From the NCBI GenBank assembly GCA_034670305.1, contig JAXMNT010000013.1, positions 87,878-151,877 on the forward strand: DNA of 64,000 nucleotides. The letters are read 5' to 3'. Under the pieces are notes generated by a model that did no database searches, was not told where the DNA came from, and was given only the letters and a program-made list of their open reading frames with translations. Source of the DNA: Deltaproteobacteria bacterium. Its GTDB lineage: Bacteria; Myxococcota_A; Polyangia; Polyangiales; Houyiibacteriaceae. Positions 62,865 to 64,000 of this stretch are shown here, one piece after another (position 1 is the first letter of the stretch; every line of letters begins with the position of its first letter). Both the position numbers and the translations under genes were made by a program.

Positions 62865-63617
62865 ATGTTTCGCACCTTCACCGCCCTTCTCTTCGCCTTC
62901 TCCGCACTCTCCGGCTGCGCCTTCGAACCTGCGGGCGAGGGCTCCGAGTCCGCGCTCAGCGGCCGCCCCTACTTCGAGGTCTTCGAGGCCACGAACGGCG
63001 ACCACTACTTCAACCTGAAGGCGGCCAACCACCGCGTCATCCTCAGCTCCGAGGGTTACAGCACGCGCCAGTCCGCCCTCAACGGCGTGCTCAGCGTCAT
63101 GGACCACGGCGCGCAGGAAGCGAACTTCGACCTCTGGGAAGCCAGCAACGGCGAGTTCTACTTCACGCTCCAGGCCCGCAACGGCGCGGTCATCGGAACG
63201 AGCGAGACCTACGTCAGCGCCTCCAACGCGCGCCGCGGCGTCCAGACGGTGACCCGCAACGTCGACGAGTACCTCGACTTCCTCGCGAACCGCACCGGCG
63301 CCCGCTTCGACATCTTCCAGGGCGCGGACGACCGCTTCTACTTCAACCTGCACGCCGCGAACGGCGAGATCGTCCTCTCCTCGCAGGGCTACACCACCGA
63401 GTCCGCCGCGCTCAGCGCCACCTTCTCGGTCGCCGACAACGGCATCGACCAGAACCGCTACGAAGTGAACGAAGCCGCCGACGGCTCCTACTACTTCAAC
63501 CTCAAGGCCCGCAACGGCCGCGTCATCGGAACGAGCGAGACGTACAGCACCGCGTCCAACGCCCGCCGCGGCTGCGACGGAGTCATCGCCCTGCTCCCGA
63601 ACGTCGAGCTGCTCTAA
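62865..63617 (+). CDS. Lipoprotein with four DUF1508 (YegP-like) repeats
   Basis: Lipobox LSGC; four copies of YF.L.A.NG.VI..SE.Y; internal DNA duplication. Confidence 0.9.
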   Translation: MFRTFTALLFAFSALSGCAFEPAGEGSESALSGRPYFEVFEATNGDHYFNLKAANHRVILSSEGYSTRQSALNGVLSVMDHGAQEANFDLWEASNGEFYFTLQARNGAVIGTSETYVSASNARRGVQTVTRNVDEYLDFLANRTGARFDIFQGADDRFYFNLHAANGEIVLSSQGYTTESAALSATFSVADNGIDQNRYEVNEAADGSYYFNLKARNGRVIGTSETYSTASNARRGCDGVIALLPNVELL

Positions 63618-63661
63618 AGCCCGACCCGGTTCGACAGAACGGCCGCTCGTCGGTGGCCCCC

Positions 63662-63702
63662 GCGAAACGCCCCGAAGGACCCACGTCCTCCGGGGCGTTC
63701 GC
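63662..63702 (+). terminator. GC-rich hairpin after the YegP-like gene
   Basis: aacgccccgaaggac / gtcctccggggcgtt inverted repeat; weak U-tract. Confidence 0.5.
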
Positions 63703-63738
63703 ACGTTTGGAGGGAGGCTCGGGGAGAGCGGTTGCGAG

Positions 63739-64000
63739 GCGCGGACGCGGACCCGGACCCGGAAGCGGACGCGGACCCGGAAGCGGACGCGGAAGCGGAC
63801 GCGGAAGCGGGCGCGGAAGCGGTAGCTGTAGCTGAGGCTGTCCCTGTCTCTGCCGCTGCCGCTGTCTCTGCCGCTGCCGCTGTCTCTGCCGCTGTCTCTG
63901 CCGCTGTCTCTGCCGCTGTCTCTGCCGCTGTCTCTGCCGCTGTCTCTGCCGCTGTCTCTGCCGCTGTCTCTGCCGCTGTCTCTGCCGCTGTCTCTGCCGC
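63739..64000. repeat. Composite tract: (GCGGAM)n then 12-mer GCTGTCTCTGCC repeats, running off the window end
   Basis: Directly visible. Confidence 0.9.

Overview
High-GC (roughly 70% by eye) bacterial chromosomal region. Gene content points to Myxococcota, probably Polyangia: Cys-rich lipoproteins, a MYXO-CTERM-like tail, a GltJ/AgmX-like protein, eukaryote-like kinases and sigma-54 activators. About 45 genes are supportable. I saw no rRNA, tRNA, CRISPR array, integrase or transposase. Main blocks: (i) a translationally coupled SNF2 helicase / Mre11-SbcD nuclease / hook-less SMC-Rad50-like ATPase operon (6.7-14.1 kb), the best candidate for an undescribed repair or defence system; (ii) recC-recB-recD, with a ~70-codon simple-sequence insertion in RecD; (iii) a radical SAM gene divergent from a CDP-alcohol phosphotransferase, followed by a lipoprotein / P450 / Moco oxidoreductase / small Cys-His protein / GT-C run; (iv) an isolated fliQ-fliR (sctS-sctT) pair behind an MshEN-REC-TPR regulator and a GltJ-like gene; (v) three CglB-like vWA lipoprotein paralogues carrying a probable gene-conversion tract; (vi) a GAF sigma-54 activator divergent from a four-domain YegP lipoprotein with a near-consensus sigma-54 promoter. 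A family of 6/12/15/18-nt repeat tracts, often bipartite and mutually inverted, separates most modules from 51 to 64 kb. All calls come from reading motifs by eye, without database searches, and start codons were re-picked by inspection.
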